NCBI GenBank assembly: GCA_965224245.1
Contig: OZ245046.1
Coordinates: 1,376,001 to 1,440,000 of the forward strand
Reading direction: 5' to 3'
Origin: Candidatus Eiseniibacteriota bacterium
Lineage (GTDB): Bacteria > Eisenbacteria > RBG-16-71-46 > CAZAMP01
DNA length: 64,000 nt
Positions 20,158 through 31,108 of the stretch are shown in pieces. A program made the translations under genes and the position numbers. The notes under the pieces are model-generated. The model was not told the DNA's origin, made no database searches, and saw only the letters and a list, made by a program, of their open reading frames with translations. Each line of letters opens with the position of its first letter. Position 1 is the first letter of the stretch.

Positions 20158-20607
20158 ATGACGTTGCCCGAGAGCCCACTCGTGGCCGCGGCGGCCAGCG
20201 CCACGCTGATCCAGCTGTCGAAGTTCGTGTCCGATGCGCTCATCCATCGCCGGGTGAACTTCCAGCGGCTCGTCCAGACCGGCGGCATGCCGTCCTCGCA
20301 CGCCGGGTCGGTGTCCACGCTGTCCGCGGCCACCGGCCTGGCCCGGGGGTTCTCGTCGATGGAGTTTCAGATCGCGTGCTTCTTCAGCGTCATCATCGTC
20401 TACGACGCGGCGGGGCTGCGACGGGCGGCGGGCAAGCAGGCCGAGGTGCTGAACCGGCTCGTGGACCGCATGCAGCGCGAGCATCGGCTGATTCTGCGGG
20501 GTGAGAGACCCCTGGCCGAGCTGCTCGGCCACACGCCATTCGAGGTGTTCGTGGGCATCGTCTTCGGCATCGTGTTCGCCCGCGCGTGGTGGGCGTTCGT
20601 GCCGTGA
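20158..20607 (+). CDS. Divergent PAP2 family protein (DUF212)
   Basis: GGMPSSH, YDAAGLRR..G.QA, ELLGHTP. Confidence 0.92.
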   Translation: MTLPESPLVAAAASATLIQLSKFVSDALIHRRVNFQRLVQTGGMPSSHAGSVSTLSAATGLARGFSSMEFQIACFFSVIIVYDAAGLRRAAGKQAEVLNRLVDRMQREHRLILRGERPLAELLGHTPFEVFVGIVFGIVFARAWWAFVP

Positions 20608-20699
20608 TGGGCCCGCCCGCCGGGTTTGCCAGATCGGGCGCCGGTAGCGTAGCATCGCCGGATCGACCCGAAGGCCCGAGTCGCGTTCCAGGGGAACTG

Positions 20700-21599
20700 T
20701 TGGAAACGGCCACCGAGAACCAGAAAGACAGCCATCGACGCAAGGTCCTCTCGCGCGTGGGCGTATACGTGAATCTGGACAAGGAGGCCGCGTGCGGTGC
20801 CGTGGGTGCGCTCTGCGACTGGCTGGGCGATCGCGGGATCGACACGATGCTCCTGAAGGAGCACACGCGCGTTCTCGGCAAGCGCGGCGGGGTCACGCGC
20901 GATTCCTTCTACCGGAAGCCGCAGCTCATCATCAGCCTCGGGGGCGACGGCACGTTTCTGCACGTGGCGCGCCAGATCCCCCGCTGTCGCCCCGCGCTCC
21001 TGGGGGTGAACTTCGGCCGGCTGGGCTTCCTGACCGCGGTCGAGGCCACCGAGCTGTTGCCGTTCCTGGAGCGGACGCTCCGGAGCGAGCTGCCGGTGGA
21101 GCACCGTCTGCGGCTGGCCACCGCCGTCAGCCCGTGGGACTCGCCGCCGCCGGCCCTCAACGACGTGGTCATCCAGTCCGCCGAGGGGGTGCGGGTGCTG
21201 GGGTTCCGCGTCCGCGTGGGCGAGCGGGTGATCGGGGTGTTCCGCGCGGACGGGATCATCGTGGCCAGCCCGACCGGATCCACCGCCTACACGCTGTCGG
21301 TGGGCGGGCCGGTGGTGCACCCGGGGGTCGAGGCGATGCTGATCGCGTTGATCAGCCCTCACACGCTCTCGGCCCGGCCGCTGGTGGTGGGCGCCAACGA
21401 GACGATCACCGTCGACGTCCTCAGCGACAGCCCGATCCGCGTGACGATCGACGGCCAGGAGTCGCGTCAGGTACCGGGCAACGAGTCGGTGCGCATTCAC
21501 CGCGCGTCGGGCGACGTGGCGGTCGTGGTGGATCCCCAGCGCCCGTTCATCGACCGGATGCGCGAGAAGCTCGCGTGGGGCGGAAAGCCGATCCTCTGA
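20700..21599 (+). CDS. nadK: NAD kinase
   Basis: GGDGT, GRLGFL, LNDVV, SPTGSTAY; start uncertain. Confidence 0.92.
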   Translation: METATENQKDSHRRKVLSRVGVYVNLDKEAACGAVGALCDWLGDRGIDTMLLKEHTRVLGKRGGVTRDSFYRKPQLIISLGGDGTFLHVARQIPRCRPALLGVNFGRLGFLTAVEATELLPFLERTLRSELPVEHRLRLATAVSPWDSPPPALNDVVIQSAEGVRVLGFRVRVGERVIGVFRADGIIVASPTGSTAYTLSVGGPVVHPGVEAMLIALISPHTLSARPLVVGANETITVDVLSDSPIRVTIDGQESRQVPGNESVRIHRASGDVAVVVDPQRPFIDRMREKLAWGGKPIL

Positions 21600-21600
21600 C

Positions 21601-23322
21601 ATGCTCACCCGACTCTCGGTGAAGAACCTGGCGGTCGTCGCCGACGCGGTCCTCGATTTCGCTCCCGGCCTGACCGTGGTCACCGGCGAGACCGGCGCAG
21701 GCAAGTCGCTCCTGATCGGCGCGCTGAGCCTGGCGGTCGGCGCGCGCGCGTCCTCCGAGCGCGTACGCGACGGCGGGGCCGCCGCGCGCGTGGAGGCGGT
21801 GTTCGAGCCCGACGACCCGGATCGGGTGAACCGTCTCCTGTCCGACCTCGGACTCGAGCCGCTCGAGGACGGGCTGGTCATCCTCCGGCGCGAGATCGGC
21901 GCCGACGGTCGGAGCCGCGCCTTCGCCGGCGACTCGCAGGTGCTGGTGTCCACGTTGCGCACGCTGGGGGATGCGCTGGTGGATCTCCACGGCCAGGGTG
22001 AGGGCCAGGCCCTCCTGCGACCGGCGGCCCAGCGCCACGCCCTCGATGCGCTCGGCGGATCGCGGGCCGAGGTGCACGCGCTCGGCGCCGCGCTCGACGC
22101 CGCCGAGGCCGTCGAGCGGGACATCGAGGCGCGGGCCCAGCGGCACGCGGAGATCGCACGCCAGCGCGAGTTCTTCGAGCATCAGCTGAACGAGATCGAC
22201 GGCGCGCGGCTCTCCGCCGACGAGGAGGACGAGCTCCTGCGCGAGCGAACGCGGATGCGCGCGGCGTCGCGGCTGGCGGAGCTGCGCGAGACGGTCGCGC
22301 GAGAGCTCGACGACGACGAGCACGGCGCCATCGGCGCGGTCGCTCGCGCGGGCGATGGGGTCGGAGAGCTGGCCCGGATCGACGACACCTTCGCGCCGCT
22401 GGCCGAGATGCTGGAGACGGCGCGGCTCGAGATCGAGGAGGTGGCCCGCTCGATCGACACCGGCCTCGCCGACCTGGAGTTCAGCCCTGAGCGCCGGGAC
22501 GAGGTCGAGGCACGACTCGATCGCATCGCCGCGTTGAAGCGCAAGTACCGGCCGAGCATCCCCGCGGTGCTGGAGTACGCCGAGGAGCTGCGCGCGGTGC
22601 TGGCCGGCGACGAGGCCGGCACCGTCGAGCTGGCCGACCTCGAGCGCCGGCGCGACGAGCACCGGCGGGCCGCGGCGGAGCTGGCCGATCGGGTCGGCGA
22701 GACACGTGTCCGGGCCGCGGCGGAGCTGGCCCACGCGGTCACCGGCGCGCTGCCCGAGCTCGGGATGGAGGGTGCGCGCTTCGACGTCGCGCTGGACGTC
22801 CAGGCCGACCCCGACAGCTGGTACCTGCGCGGCGGGGCCGGAGTAGGGCTGACGCGCTCGGGCGCCGAACGGGTCACGTTCCGTCTGGCCGCCAATCCGG
22901 GGGCGCCGCTCCGGCCGCTCGCCACCGTCGCGTCGGGCGGGGAGCTCTCACGCGTGATGCTGGCGCTCAAGGAGAAGCTGGCCGAGGCGCACCCGGTCGA
23001 CGTGATGGTGTTCGACGAGGTCGACTCGGGAATCGGTGGAGGAACGGCCCACGCCGTCGGGGATCGACTGCGTGCCCTGTCGGGCACCCGCCAGGTGATC
23101 GCGATCACCCATCTGCCCGCGGTGGCGTGTACGGGCGACACGCACTACCGGATCGACAAGCGCACCGACGGGCACACGACCGAGGTCACGGTGAGCGCCC
23201 TCGCGGGCCGGGACCGCGTGGGCGAGATCGCCCGCATGCTCTCGGGCGCCGAGGACGACCGAACGGCGCGCCGCCACGCGCGTGAGCTCCTCGAGGCGCG
23301 CACCGGACGGGCGGCCACGTGA
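21601..23322 (+). CDS. recN: DNA repair protein RecN
   Basis: TGETGAGKS, DLHGQ, ASGGELSR, FDEVDSGIGG, ITHLP. Confidence 0.96.
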   Translation: MLTRLSVKNLAVVADAVLDFAPGLTVVTGETGAGKSLLIGALSLAVGARASSERVRDGGAAARVEAVFEPDDPDRVNRLLSDLGLEPLEDGLVILRREIGADGRSRAFAGDSQVLVSTLRTLGDALVDLHGQGEGQALLRPAAQRHALDALGGSRAEVHALGAALDAAEAVERDIEARAQRHAEIARQREFFEHQLNEIDGARLSADEEDELLRERTRMRAASRLAELRETVARELDDDEHGAIGAVARAGDGVGELARIDDTFAPLAEMLETARLEIEEVARSIDTGLADLEFSPERRDEVEARLDRIAALKRKYRPSIPAVLEYAEELRAVLAGDEAGTVELADLERRRDEHRRAAAELADRVGETRVRAAAELAHAVTGALPELGMEGARFDVALDVQADPDSWYLRGGAGVGLTRSGAERVTFRLAANPGAPLRPLATVASGGELSRVMLALKEKLAEAHPVDVMVFDEVDSGIGGGTAHAVGDRLRALSGTRQVIAITHLPAVACTGDTHYRIDKRTDGHTTEVTVSALAGRDRVGEIARMLSGAEDDRTARRHARELLEARTGRAAT

Positions 23323-24833
23323 CGGCGCCGGGCCGCACGGGCGGACTCTCGCTCGACTTCGACGGCTTCCGGCGCCTCGCCGGCGAGGGCACGATCGTGC
23401 CCATCTACGCCGAGCTGCTGGTCGACCGTGACACGCCGGTGTCGGCGTTCCTGAAGATCGGACGCGGCCCGAACACGTTTCTCCTCGAGTCGATGGAGGG
23501 GGGCGAGAAGTGGGGCCGCTACTCGATCATCGGTGGAGAGGCCCGGAGCGTGTTCACGCTGGAGGGCGGCGTCCAGAGGCTCGTGCGCGCCGACGGCGTA
23601 AAGATCGCGCGTCGGACCGAGGGACCGCCGCTGGCGCTTCTGTCCGAGACGATCGCCGCGGATCGATCGGCGTCGGTGCCCGGTCTTCCACGGTTCTCCG
23701 GGGGCGCGATCGGATATGGCGCGTACGATCTCGTGCGACACTTCGAGCGACTCGGGGACCCTCCGCCGGACGATCTGGGTCTGCCCACGGCCGCGTTCGT
23801 GTTCTTCGACTCGCTGGTGATCTTCGACAATCTCCGCCACACGGTGAAGATCGTGGCCAACGCACGCATTCGCGACGACCTGAAGGGCGCCTATCGCGAG
23901 GCCGTCGAGACGATCGATCGCCTCCGCTCGCGTCTCGCCGCACCGACCCCGATCGCGCCGGCCCCGGTTCGCGCACGCACCGTGGAGTTCGAGAGCGCGA
24001 TGGGGCGCGAGCGCTACCTGCGCTCGGTGGACGTGATCCGCGACTACATCCGCGCCGGGGACGTGTTCCAGACCGTGCTCGCGCACCGTCTCTCGGCGCC
24101 CACCGAGGTGGATCCGTTCGACGCGTACCGCGCGCTCCGCGTGCTCAACCCGTCCCCGTACATGTTCTTCCTGGACTTCGGGGAGTTTCAGCTCGCGGGT
24201 GCCTCTCCCGAGGTGCTCGTGCGCGTGGAGGATCGCGTGGCCGAGGTGCGACCGATCGCGGGCACGCGTCCCCGGGGACGCACACCCTCCGAGGATCGCG
24301 CGCTGGAGGCCGATCTCCTGGCCGACGACAAGGAGCGCTCGGAGCACGTGATGCTCGTGGATCTCGGACGAAACGACCTCGGCCGCGCCTGCCTCTACGA
24401 CACCGTGGAGACCGGCGAGTTCATGGTCGTCGAACGGTACTCGCACGTGATGCACATCGTCTCGAACGTGACCGGGACGCTCCGGCCCGACGCGAGCACG
24501 GTGGACGTGCTCGCGGCGTGCTTCCCCGCCGGTACGCTCTCGGGGGCGCCGAAGGTCCGCGCGATGGAGATCATCGACGAGCTGGAGACCGCGCGGCGCG
24601 GCATCTACGGGGGCGCCGTCGGCTACCTCGACACCCACGGCAACATGGACACGTGCATCGCCATCCGGACGATCCTGTTCAAGGACGGCGTGGCGCACGT
24701 GGGGGCCGGCGCCGGAATCGTGGCCGATTCGCAGCCCGAGCGCGAGTGGGAGGAGACGATGGCAAAGAGCCGGAGTGCCACCGAGGCCGTCCGGCTGGCC
24801 GAGCGGGGCCTCGACCTGGGAGGCGGCGCGTGA
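23319..24833 (+). CDS. trpE: Anthranilate synthase component I
   Basis: [37 protein letters not shown]. Confidence 0.95.
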   Translation: MTAPGRTGGLSLDFDGFRRLAGEGTIVPIYAELLVDRDTPVSAFLKIGRGPNTFLLESMEGGEKWGRYSIIGGEARSVFTLEGGVQRLVRADGVKIARRTEGPPLALLSETIAADRSASVPGLPRFSGGAIGYGAYDLVRHFERLGDPPPDDLGLPTAAFVFFDSLVIFDNLRHTVKIVANARIRDDLKGAYREAVETIDRLRSRLAAPTPIAPAPVRARTVEFESAMGRERYLRSVDVIRDYIRAGDVFQTVLAHRLSAPTEVDPFDAYRALRVLNPSPYMFFLDFGEFQLAGASPEVLVRVEDRVAEVRPIAGTRPRGRTPSEDRALEADLLADDKERSEHVMLVDLGRNDLGRACLYDTVETGEFMVVERYSHVMHIVSNVTGTLRPDASTVDVLAACFPAGTLSGAPKVRAMEIIDELETARRGIYGGAVGYLDTHGNMDTCIAIRTILFKDGVAHVGAGAGIVADSQPEREWEETMAKSRSATEAVRLAERGLDLGGGA

Positions 24834-25429
24834 TCCTCGTCATCGACAACTACGATTCGTTCACGTGGAACCTCGTGCAGTACCTCGGCGAGCTGGGGGC
24901 GGAGCCGACGGTGGCCCGGAACGATGCGGTCACCGTGGACGAGGTCTTCGCGAGGGCCCCGAGCGGCATCGTGATCAGCCCCGGGCCCAAGACGCCGGCC
25001 GACACGGGCATCTGCAACGACGTGATCCGCCGCGCCGCGGGCGCCGTGCCGCTTCTGGGGGTGTGTCTCGGGCACCAGTGCATCGGTCACGTGTACGGTG
25101 GCGAGATCGTGCACGCCGATCGCCTGATGCACGGCAAGACCTCGCCGATCGAGCACGCCGGCACCGGCATCTTCGAGGGACTTCCGAGCCCGTTCACGGC
25201 CACGCGCTACCACTCGCTCCTGGTGCGCCGGGAGAGCTTCCCGGAGGATGCGCTCGAGGTCCTGGCCTGGACCGCCGAGGGAGAGATCATGGGTCTCCGG
25301 CATCGCGAGCACGAGCTCTGGGGCGTGCAGTTTCATCCCGAGTCGATCCTGACCGAGGGGGGCAAGCCGCTCCTGGCCAACTTCCTCCGGCGCTGCGGAC
25401 TCGAGCCCCACCCGGGGGGGGTGTCGTGA
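24830..25429 (+). CDS. trpG: Anthranilate synthase glutamine amidotransferase
   Basis: [30 protein letters not shown]. Confidence 0.93.
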   Translation: MILVIDNYDSFTWNLVQYLGELGAEPTVARNDAVTVDEVFARAPSGIVISPGPKTPADTGICNDVIRRAAGAVPLLGVCLGHQCIGHVYGGEIVHADRLMHGKTSPIEHAGTGIFEGLPSPFTATRYHSLLVRRESFPEDALEVLAWTAEGEIMGLRHREHELWGVQFHPESILTEGGKPLLANFLRRCGLEPHPGGVS

Positions 25430-26445
25430 GCGCGCTTCAGGTGGCGGTATCGGCCGTCGTGGAGGGTCGCGACCTGTCGCGCGCCGAGGCACGCGATGCG
25501 ATGCGGGAGATCATGTCCGGTCAGGCGCCCGAGCCGTTGATCGGCGCGTATCTCGTGGCGCTTCGCATGAAGGGCGAGACCGTCGACGAGATCGCCGGCA
25601 GCGCGGAGACCATGCGCGAGCTGGTCCATCGCATCGAAACCCCCGAGGGCGACGTCGTCGACACCTGCGGCACCGGCGGGGACGGGCTCCACACGCTGAA
25701 CGTCTCGACCGGAGCGGCGCTGGTCGCGGCCGCCGCGGGGGCGGTGGTCGCGAAGCACGGCAATCGCGCCGTCTCGTCCCGGTCGGGCTCGGCGGACGTG
25801 CTCGAGCACCTCGGCGTGAACGTGTCGGCGTCCCCCGAGACGGTCGCCGCGTGCATCCGCGAGGTCGGGGTGGGGTTTCTGTTCGCGCCGAGCCTGCATC
25901 CGGCGATCAAGCACGCGATGCCGTCCAGGCGGGCGCTCGGCATTCGCACGGTGTTCAACCTCCTCGGTCCGATGACGAACCCCGCCGGCGCGAACCGTCA
26001 GCTCATCGGCGTGTTCGCCCGCCGGTGGGTTCCGCGCGTGGCCGAGGTGCTGGGCGCCCTGGGATGCGATCGCGCGCTGGTGGCCCACGGCGAGGACGGC
26101 ATGGACGAGATCACGCTGACCGCGCCGACGCACCTGGCCGAGTGGCGCGAGGGCGCCGTGCACGAGTGGACGTTCCGACCCGAGGACGCCGGCCTCGCCC
26201 GGTGTCGTCCCGAGGACATCGCCGGCGGGACGCCCGAGGAGAACGCCGCCCAGCTCGGCGCGATCCTCCGCGGGGAGACCGGCGGGCCCCCGCGTGACAT
26301 CGTGCTCCTGAACGCCGGCGCGGTGCTCCACGTGGCCGGACGGGCCGAGTCGATCGCCGACGGCGTGGAGGCCGCGCGCGGTGCCGTCGACGGCGGCGCG
26401 GCCTGGGACACGCTGAACGCGCTCGCGCGGCGAAGCCGGGCGTGA
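25426..26445 (+). CDS. trpD: Anthranilate phosphoribosyltransferase
   Basis: [23 protein letters not shown]. Confidence 0.96.
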   Translation: MSALQVAVSAVVEGRDLSRAEARDAMREIMSGQAPEPLIGAYLVALRMKGETVDEIAGSAETMRELVHRIETPEGDVVDTCGTGGDGLHTLNVSTGAALVAAAAGAVVAKHGNRAVSSRSGSADVLEHLGVNVSASPETVAACIREVGVGFLFAPSLHPAIKHAMPSRRALGIRTVFNLLGPMTNPAGANRQLIGVFARRWVPRVAEVLGALGCDRALVAHGEDGMDEITLTAPTHLAEWREGAVHEWTFRPEDAGLARCRPEDIAGGTPEENAAQLGAILRGETGGPPRDIVLLNAGAVLHVAGRAESIADGVEAARGAVDGGAAWDTLNALARRSRA

Positions 26446-27251
26446 TCATGCGTGGACGCGATCGCCTCCGCGAGATCATGGCGGCAAAGCGCGTGCGCGT
26501 GGCCGAGGCGATGGCCGCGCGTCCCCTGGAGACGCTGGTCGCGCGCGTGCCCGACCGCCCGCCGGCGACGGCGTTCCGGGATCGCCTCCGGGACGGCGAG
26601 CTCGCGTTCGTCTGCGAGGTGAAGCGCGGGTCGCCGTCGCGGGGGCTCTTCGCGCCCGATCTGGATCCGGTGGCGCTGGCGCGGGCCTACGAGGCCGGCG
26701 GCGCCTCCGCGGTGTCCGTGATCACCGAGGTGGATCACTTCTTCGCCGAGCCCGACGTCCTGGCTCGCGTGCGCGGTGCGACCTCGCTGCCGGTGTTGAA
26801 GAAGGACTTCTTCTTCGACCCGTACCAGCTCTACGAGGCCCGGCTCGAGGGAGCCGACCTCGCGCTGTCGATCGCGGCCTGTCTCGAGGATGCCGAGCTG
26901 GCGACGCTCCTGGCATGCGCCCGCGGGATCGGGCTCGAGGTGATCGTCGAGGTGCACGACGCCGACGAGCTGGACCGCGCGGTCGCGCTGGGAGCCGGCA
27001 TCATCGGGATCAACAACCGCGACCTCCGGGACTTCAGCGTGGACCTGTCCACGACCGAACGCCTCCGGCCGCGCGTGCCGGCCGATCGCGCGGTCGTGGG
27101 GGAGAGCGGGATTCTCACGCCGGACGACGTCGTCCGGCTCCGGGACGCAGGCGTCCACGGGGTGCTGATCGGGGAGTCGCTCGCGGTGAGCCCGGACCCC
27201 GAGGCGCTTCTTCGCGCGATGCGCGCCGCGGTGACAGGGAACCCGTCGTGA
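26442..27251 (+). CDS. trpC: Indole-3-glycerol phosphate synthase
   Basis: EVKRGSPS, KKDF, GINNRDL, GESGI. Confidence 0.95.
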   Translation: MIMRGRDRLREIMAAKRVRVAEAMAARPLETLVARVPDRPPATAFRDRLRDGELAFVCEVKRGSPSRGLFAPDLDPVALARAYEAGGASAVSVITEVDHFFAEPDVLARVRGATSLPVLKKDFFFDPYQLYEARLEGADLALSIAACLEDAELATLLACARGIGLEVIVEVHDADELDRAVALGAGIIGINNRDLRDFSVDLSTTERLRPRVPADRAVVGESGILTPDDVVRLRDAGVHGVLIGESLAVSPDPEALLRAMRAAVTGNPS

Positions 27252-27898
27252 CGCCGCACGTGAAGATCTGCGGGCTCACGCGAGCCGAGGACGTCGCGGC
27301 GGCGATCGAGGCCGGCGCCGATCATCTGGGCTTCGTGCTGACCGAGAGCCCGCGCCGCGTCTCGATCGAGACCGCCTCGGATCTGGCGGCGCGGGCCCGT
27401 GCGCGGGATCCGCGCGTGGTGCTGGTCGGCGTGTTCGTCGACGACACCGTGGACGTTGTTCGTGACGCCTGCCGGCGCCTCGAGCTGGACGTCGCGCAGC
27501 TCCACGGCGACGAACGTCCCCACGACGTGACCGCGCTGGCCGACGACGTGGTGTGCTGGAAGGCGGTGCGGGTCCGGGACGACTGGTCGGCCGAGGACGT
27601 GATCGTGGCGGCCGATCGGTACCCATCGGCGCACGCGATCCTGCTCGACACCTGGTCGTCCACCGAGCCCGGCGGTACCGGCAGGATGTTCCGTCACGAG
27701 CTCGCCGCCGACGTCGCGAGACGACGCCGGCTCGTCCTGGCGGGGGGACTCGACGCGAGCAACGTGGCCGACGCCGTCGCCCGCATCGGGCCCTACGCGG
27801 TCGACGTGTCGTCGGGCGTCGAGGTCGCTCCCGGCGTCAAGGACGCGGGCGAGATCGCGGCGTTCGTGGCCGCGGCCACACGGGGGAGGGCGCGATGA
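27248..27898 (+). CDS. trpF: Phosphoribosylanthranilate isomerase
   Basis: [25 protein letters not shown]. Confidence 0.95.
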   Translation: MTPHVKICGLTRAEDVAAAIEAGADHLGFVLTESPRRVSIETASDLAARARARDPRVVLVGVFVDDTVDVVRDACRRLELDVAQLHGDERPHDVTALADDVVCWKAVRVRDDWSAEDVIVAADRYPSAHAILLDTWSSTEPGGTGRMFRHELAADVARRRRLVLAGGLDASNVADAVARIGPYAVDVSSGVEVAPGVKDAGEIAAFVAAATRGRAR

Positions 27899-29091
27899 GC
27901 GGGTCCGGGACGCCCCACGGCGGATACTTCGGAGAGTTCGGCGGTCGCTTCATTCCCGAGACGCTCAGTCACGCGCTCGACGAGCTCGCGCGCGTTTTCG
28001 ACGACGCACGCGCCGACGCGGCCTTCGACGCCGAGCTGAAGCGGCTGCTCACGGGCTACGTCGGACGGCCGACCCCCATCACCCATGCCCTCCGCCTCGG
28101 CGAGCGCCTCGGGCTCCGGAACGTGCTCCTCAAGCGCGAGGATCTCTGCCACTCGGGCGCGCACAAGATCAACAACACGATCGGTCAGGGTCTCTTGACC
28201 ACGCGCATGGGAAAGCCCCGGGTGATCGCGGAGACCGGCGCCGGCCAGCATGGCGTGGCCACCGCGACCGCGTGTGCGCTGTTCGGTCTCCGCTGCCGGA
28301 TCTACATGGGGACCGAGGACATGCGCCGCCAGCACCTGAACGTGGTCCGCATGCGACTCCTGGGCGCCGAGGTCGTCGGGGTCGACTCGGGCAGCCGCAC
28401 GCTCAAGGACGCGATCAACGAGGCGATGCGCGACTGGGTCACCAACGTCGAGGACACGCACTACATCCTGGGATCGGTCCTGGGGCCGCATCCGTTTCCC
28501 GAGATGGTGCGGCACTTCCAGAGCGTGATCGGCCGCGAAGCCAGGGCTCAGCTCGCGGTGGACCTCGGCGGCCTCCCCGACGTCGTGGTCGCGTGCGTGG
28601 GAGGCGGCTCGAACGCCATCGGGATCTTCCACGCGTTCCTGGACGACGCGTCGGTGCGCCTGGTCGGCGTCGAAGCCGGCGGCGAGGGCGTCGCATCCGG
28701 CCGGCACGCGGCGCGGATGGCCGAGCGGCGCGTCGGGGTGCTCCACGGTACGCGCACGTACGTGCTCCAGGATGATGCCGGTCAGATCCGTCAGACGCAC
28801 TCGGTCTCGGCGGGGCTCGACTATCCCGCGGTCGGTCCCGAGCACAGCTTCCTGGACGCGTCGGGCCGGGCCGAGTACGACTCGGTCACCGACGACGAGG
28901 CGATGGCGGCGTTCCGGCTCCTCTCGGAGACCGAGGGCATCCTGCCCGCGCTGGAGAGCGCGCACGCGATCGCCTGGCTCGTGCGCGCGGCGCCCGTCCT
29001 GGATCCGGACGCGGTCGTGCTCGTGAACCTCTCGGGGCGCGGCGACAAGGACGTGGCCGAGGTCGCGCGCATCCTGGGCGAGGACACCTAG
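27895..29091 (+). CDS. trpB: Tryptophan synthase beta subunit (TrpB1 type)
   Basis: [40 protein letters not shown]. Confidence 0.97.
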   Translation: MSGSGTPHGGYFGEFGGRFIPETLSHALDELARVFDDARADAAFDAELKRLLTGYVGRPTPITHALRLGERLGLRNVLLKREDLCHSGAHKINNTIGQGLLTTRMGKPRVIAETGAGQHGVATATACALFGLRCRIYMGTEDMRRQHLNVVRMRLLGAEVVGVDSGSRTLKDAINEAMRDWVTNVEDTHYILGSVLGPHPFPEMVRHFQSVIGREARAQLAVDLGGLPDVVVACVGGGSNAIGIFHAFLDDASVRLVGVEAGGEGVASGRHAARMAERRVGVLHGTRTYVLQDDAGQIRQTHSVSAGLDYPAVGPEHSFLDASGRAEYDSVTDDEAMAAFRLLSETEGILPALESAHAIAWLVRAAPVLDPDAVVLVNLSGRGDKDVAEVARILGEDT

Positions 29092-29101
29092 CGGGACGCG
29101 A

Positions 29102-30040
29102 TCAGGAGTCCGGAAGCGCCGAGGGCATCGTGGCCAGGATGCGATAGCGGAGCCGGTCCGCCAGGTCGTGGGGACGGGACCACACGACGTGGTTGTACTG
29201 GCGCGTGTCGAAGTGACACCGCTCGACCTGATCCTCGCGGCAGCTCCAGATGACCGGGATGCCGTTCCCCAGCGCGAACCCCGCCTCGAAGTAGACGCCG
29301 GGGTTGTGGAGGGTCACGTCGGCCACCACGAGCGCGCTCCGCTCGATCTCCACGGTGATCCGATCGCAGATCTTCTCGTTGTACTCGCTCTGGTCCAGCC
29401 GGAGCGGCCGGTAGCCGGCGGCCTCGATGCCGGGCCGGAGTCCCTCGTCCCAGGCCGGGAACAGGTCGTCGGCGAACGCCATGGCCACGAATGCCTGCCG
29501 GGCGTCGGGTCGCCGCTTCTCGAGCGCGCCGACCTGGGCCCAGCCGTTCGCCGTGATCCGGTGACCGTACGCGGTGCGCTCGACGACTCCGCGCGTCTCC
29601 AGGCAATCGAGGTAATAGTCGCACTGGAGCTGGGAGTGCGCGTAGAAGATCGGGAGATCCTTGCCCCCGAACTTGATCTGACCACCGGGTTCGCACATCG
29701 ACGCGAAGGCCAGGAGCATGTCGTCGAGCCGCACGTTGATGCCGCGGGCGGCCACCTCCGCGAGCACGTCGCCGAGGCGGAAGGCATCGCGACCTCCGAG
29801 GCGCCGCTCGGCGCCGTCGGCGACGAGAATGGGCTCGGTCAGGCCCCGGGTCCCCCGGTGGCGGATCCAGGCGGACACGTTCGCGCGGTCGCCCTCGTCG
29901 AGCGCCGCCGCCTCCGCGAGCGCGGCCGCGGTTCCGGAGTAGGGCCCGCACGATTCGCAGCGCACGCCGATCGCGTCGCCGAGTGGCTCGCGGTCGGTCG
30001 GACGCTCGCAGAGCGGACACGATGGGGTCGGGTCGGTCAT
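29102..30040 (-). CDS. Zn-ribbon plus nucleoside 2-deoxyribosyltransferase-like (NDT/TIR-like) domain protein
   Basis: CPLC/CESC at N-terminus; AFVAMAF, VVADVT..NPGVYFEAGFA, HFDTRQY at C-terminus. Confidence 0.75.
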   Translation of the reverse strand: MTDPTPSCPLCERPTDREPLGDAIGVRCESCGPYSGTAAALAEAAALDEGDRANVSAWIRHRGTRGLTEPILVADGAERRLGGRDAFRLGDVLAEVAARGINVRLDDMLLAFASMCEPGGQIKFGGKDLPIFYAHSQLQCDYYLDCLETRGVVERTAYGHRITANGWAQVGALEKRRPDARQAFVAMAFADDLFPAWDEGLRPGIEAAGYRPLRLDQSEYNEKICDRITVEIERSALVVADVTLHNPGVYFEAGFALGNGIPVIWSCREDQVERCHFDTRQYNHVVWSRPHDLADRLRYRILATMPSALPDS

Positions 30041-30181
30041 GTGCGCCTCCAGTGATCATCGATCCCTCGCGCGGGTCGGGACGATCGTGGCATGATCGCG
30101 CAGCGAGCGGGTGTCGTCCATCGCCCAGCGCACCGGACGGAAGTGGATCCACGACGACCATCAGTGAGGAAGGGCCCGAAC

Positions 30182-31003
30182 GTGGCGGAGGAGCCATACC
30201 TCTTCGGAACCGAGGATGCCGAGATCACGCGCCTTCGTGGCCAGCACCTCGCGTGGGTGAACGAGATGCGGGCGCTCGTGGGCCGCGCGCGATTCGGGAC
30301 CGGGGACACGCTGCTCGACATGGGGTCGGGGCCGGGGTTCACGACGATCGAGCTGGCCGCCGTGGTCGGCCCGACCGGACGGGTGATCGCGCGGGACGAG
30401 AGCGAGCGGTTCATCGATCTCGTCGGGCGCGAGTCGCGCCAGCGAGAGCTGACCTGGGTCGAGCCGAGCCTGGGCAAGATGGAGGCCCTGAGCCTGCCGC
30501 CCGAGAGCCTGGACGGCGCGTACTCGCGCTGGCTCCTGTCCTGGGTGCCCGACGCGGGCGCCATCGTCGAGCGGGTCGCGCGCTGCCTCCGGCCGGGGGG
30601 CGTGCTGGCGCTCCAGGAGTACCTGGACTGGCACGCGATGAAGATGATCCCCGAGAGCGAGCCCGTGGCCCGGGCGCTCGAGGCCTGCCGGTGGAGCTGG
30701 CCCGCGTCGGGAGCCACGATCGACATCGGGGAAGCGATCCCGGACCTCGCCGCCCGGGCCGGGCTGACCCTCGAGCACATGCGGCCGATCGCGCGCATGG
30801 GACGCCCCGGGTCGCCCGAGTGGGCGTGGATCGGGGGATTCCTCGAGATCTACCTGCCGAAGCTCGTGTCCAGGGGCCTCTACGAGGCCGAGGATCTGGC
30901 CGCGTTCACCCGGGAGTGGGCCGCGCGGACGGACGAGGCGCGGAGCTGGCTCCTGGCGCCGATCATGTGCGACGCGATTCTGCGGAAGCCGGAGCGGGGG
31001 TGA
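30182..31003 (+). CDS. Class I SAM-dependent methyltransferase
   Basis: LLDMGSGPG, LRPGG. Confidence 0.88.
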   Translation: MAEEPYLFGTEDAEITRLRGQHLAWVNEMRALVGRARFGTGDTLLDMGSGPGFTTIELAAVVGPTGRVIARDESERFIDLVGRESRQRELTWVEPSLGKMEALSLPPESLDGAYSRWLLSWVPDAGAIVERVARCLRPGGVLALQEYLDWHAMKMIPESEPVARALEACRWSWPASGATIDIGEAIPDLAARAGLTLEHMRPIARMGRPGSPEWAWIGGFLEIYLPKLVSRGLYEAEDLAAFTREWAARTDEARSWLLAPIMCDAILRKPERG

Positions 31004-31067
31004 GGGGGTCTGCGGCCCACTCGCGGCACGCGAGGTCTGGACACTGGCGGGCCGGGCCGAGCGAATG

Positions 31068-31083
31068 CTGGTACGCCCTACAG
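31068..31083. repeat. att core, displaced copy of the tRNA-Arg 3' end
   Basis: Identical to 41979-41994. Confidence 0.9.
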
Positions 31084-31108
31084 TTTCGTACGTCGCGGTG
31101 GTGACGTT

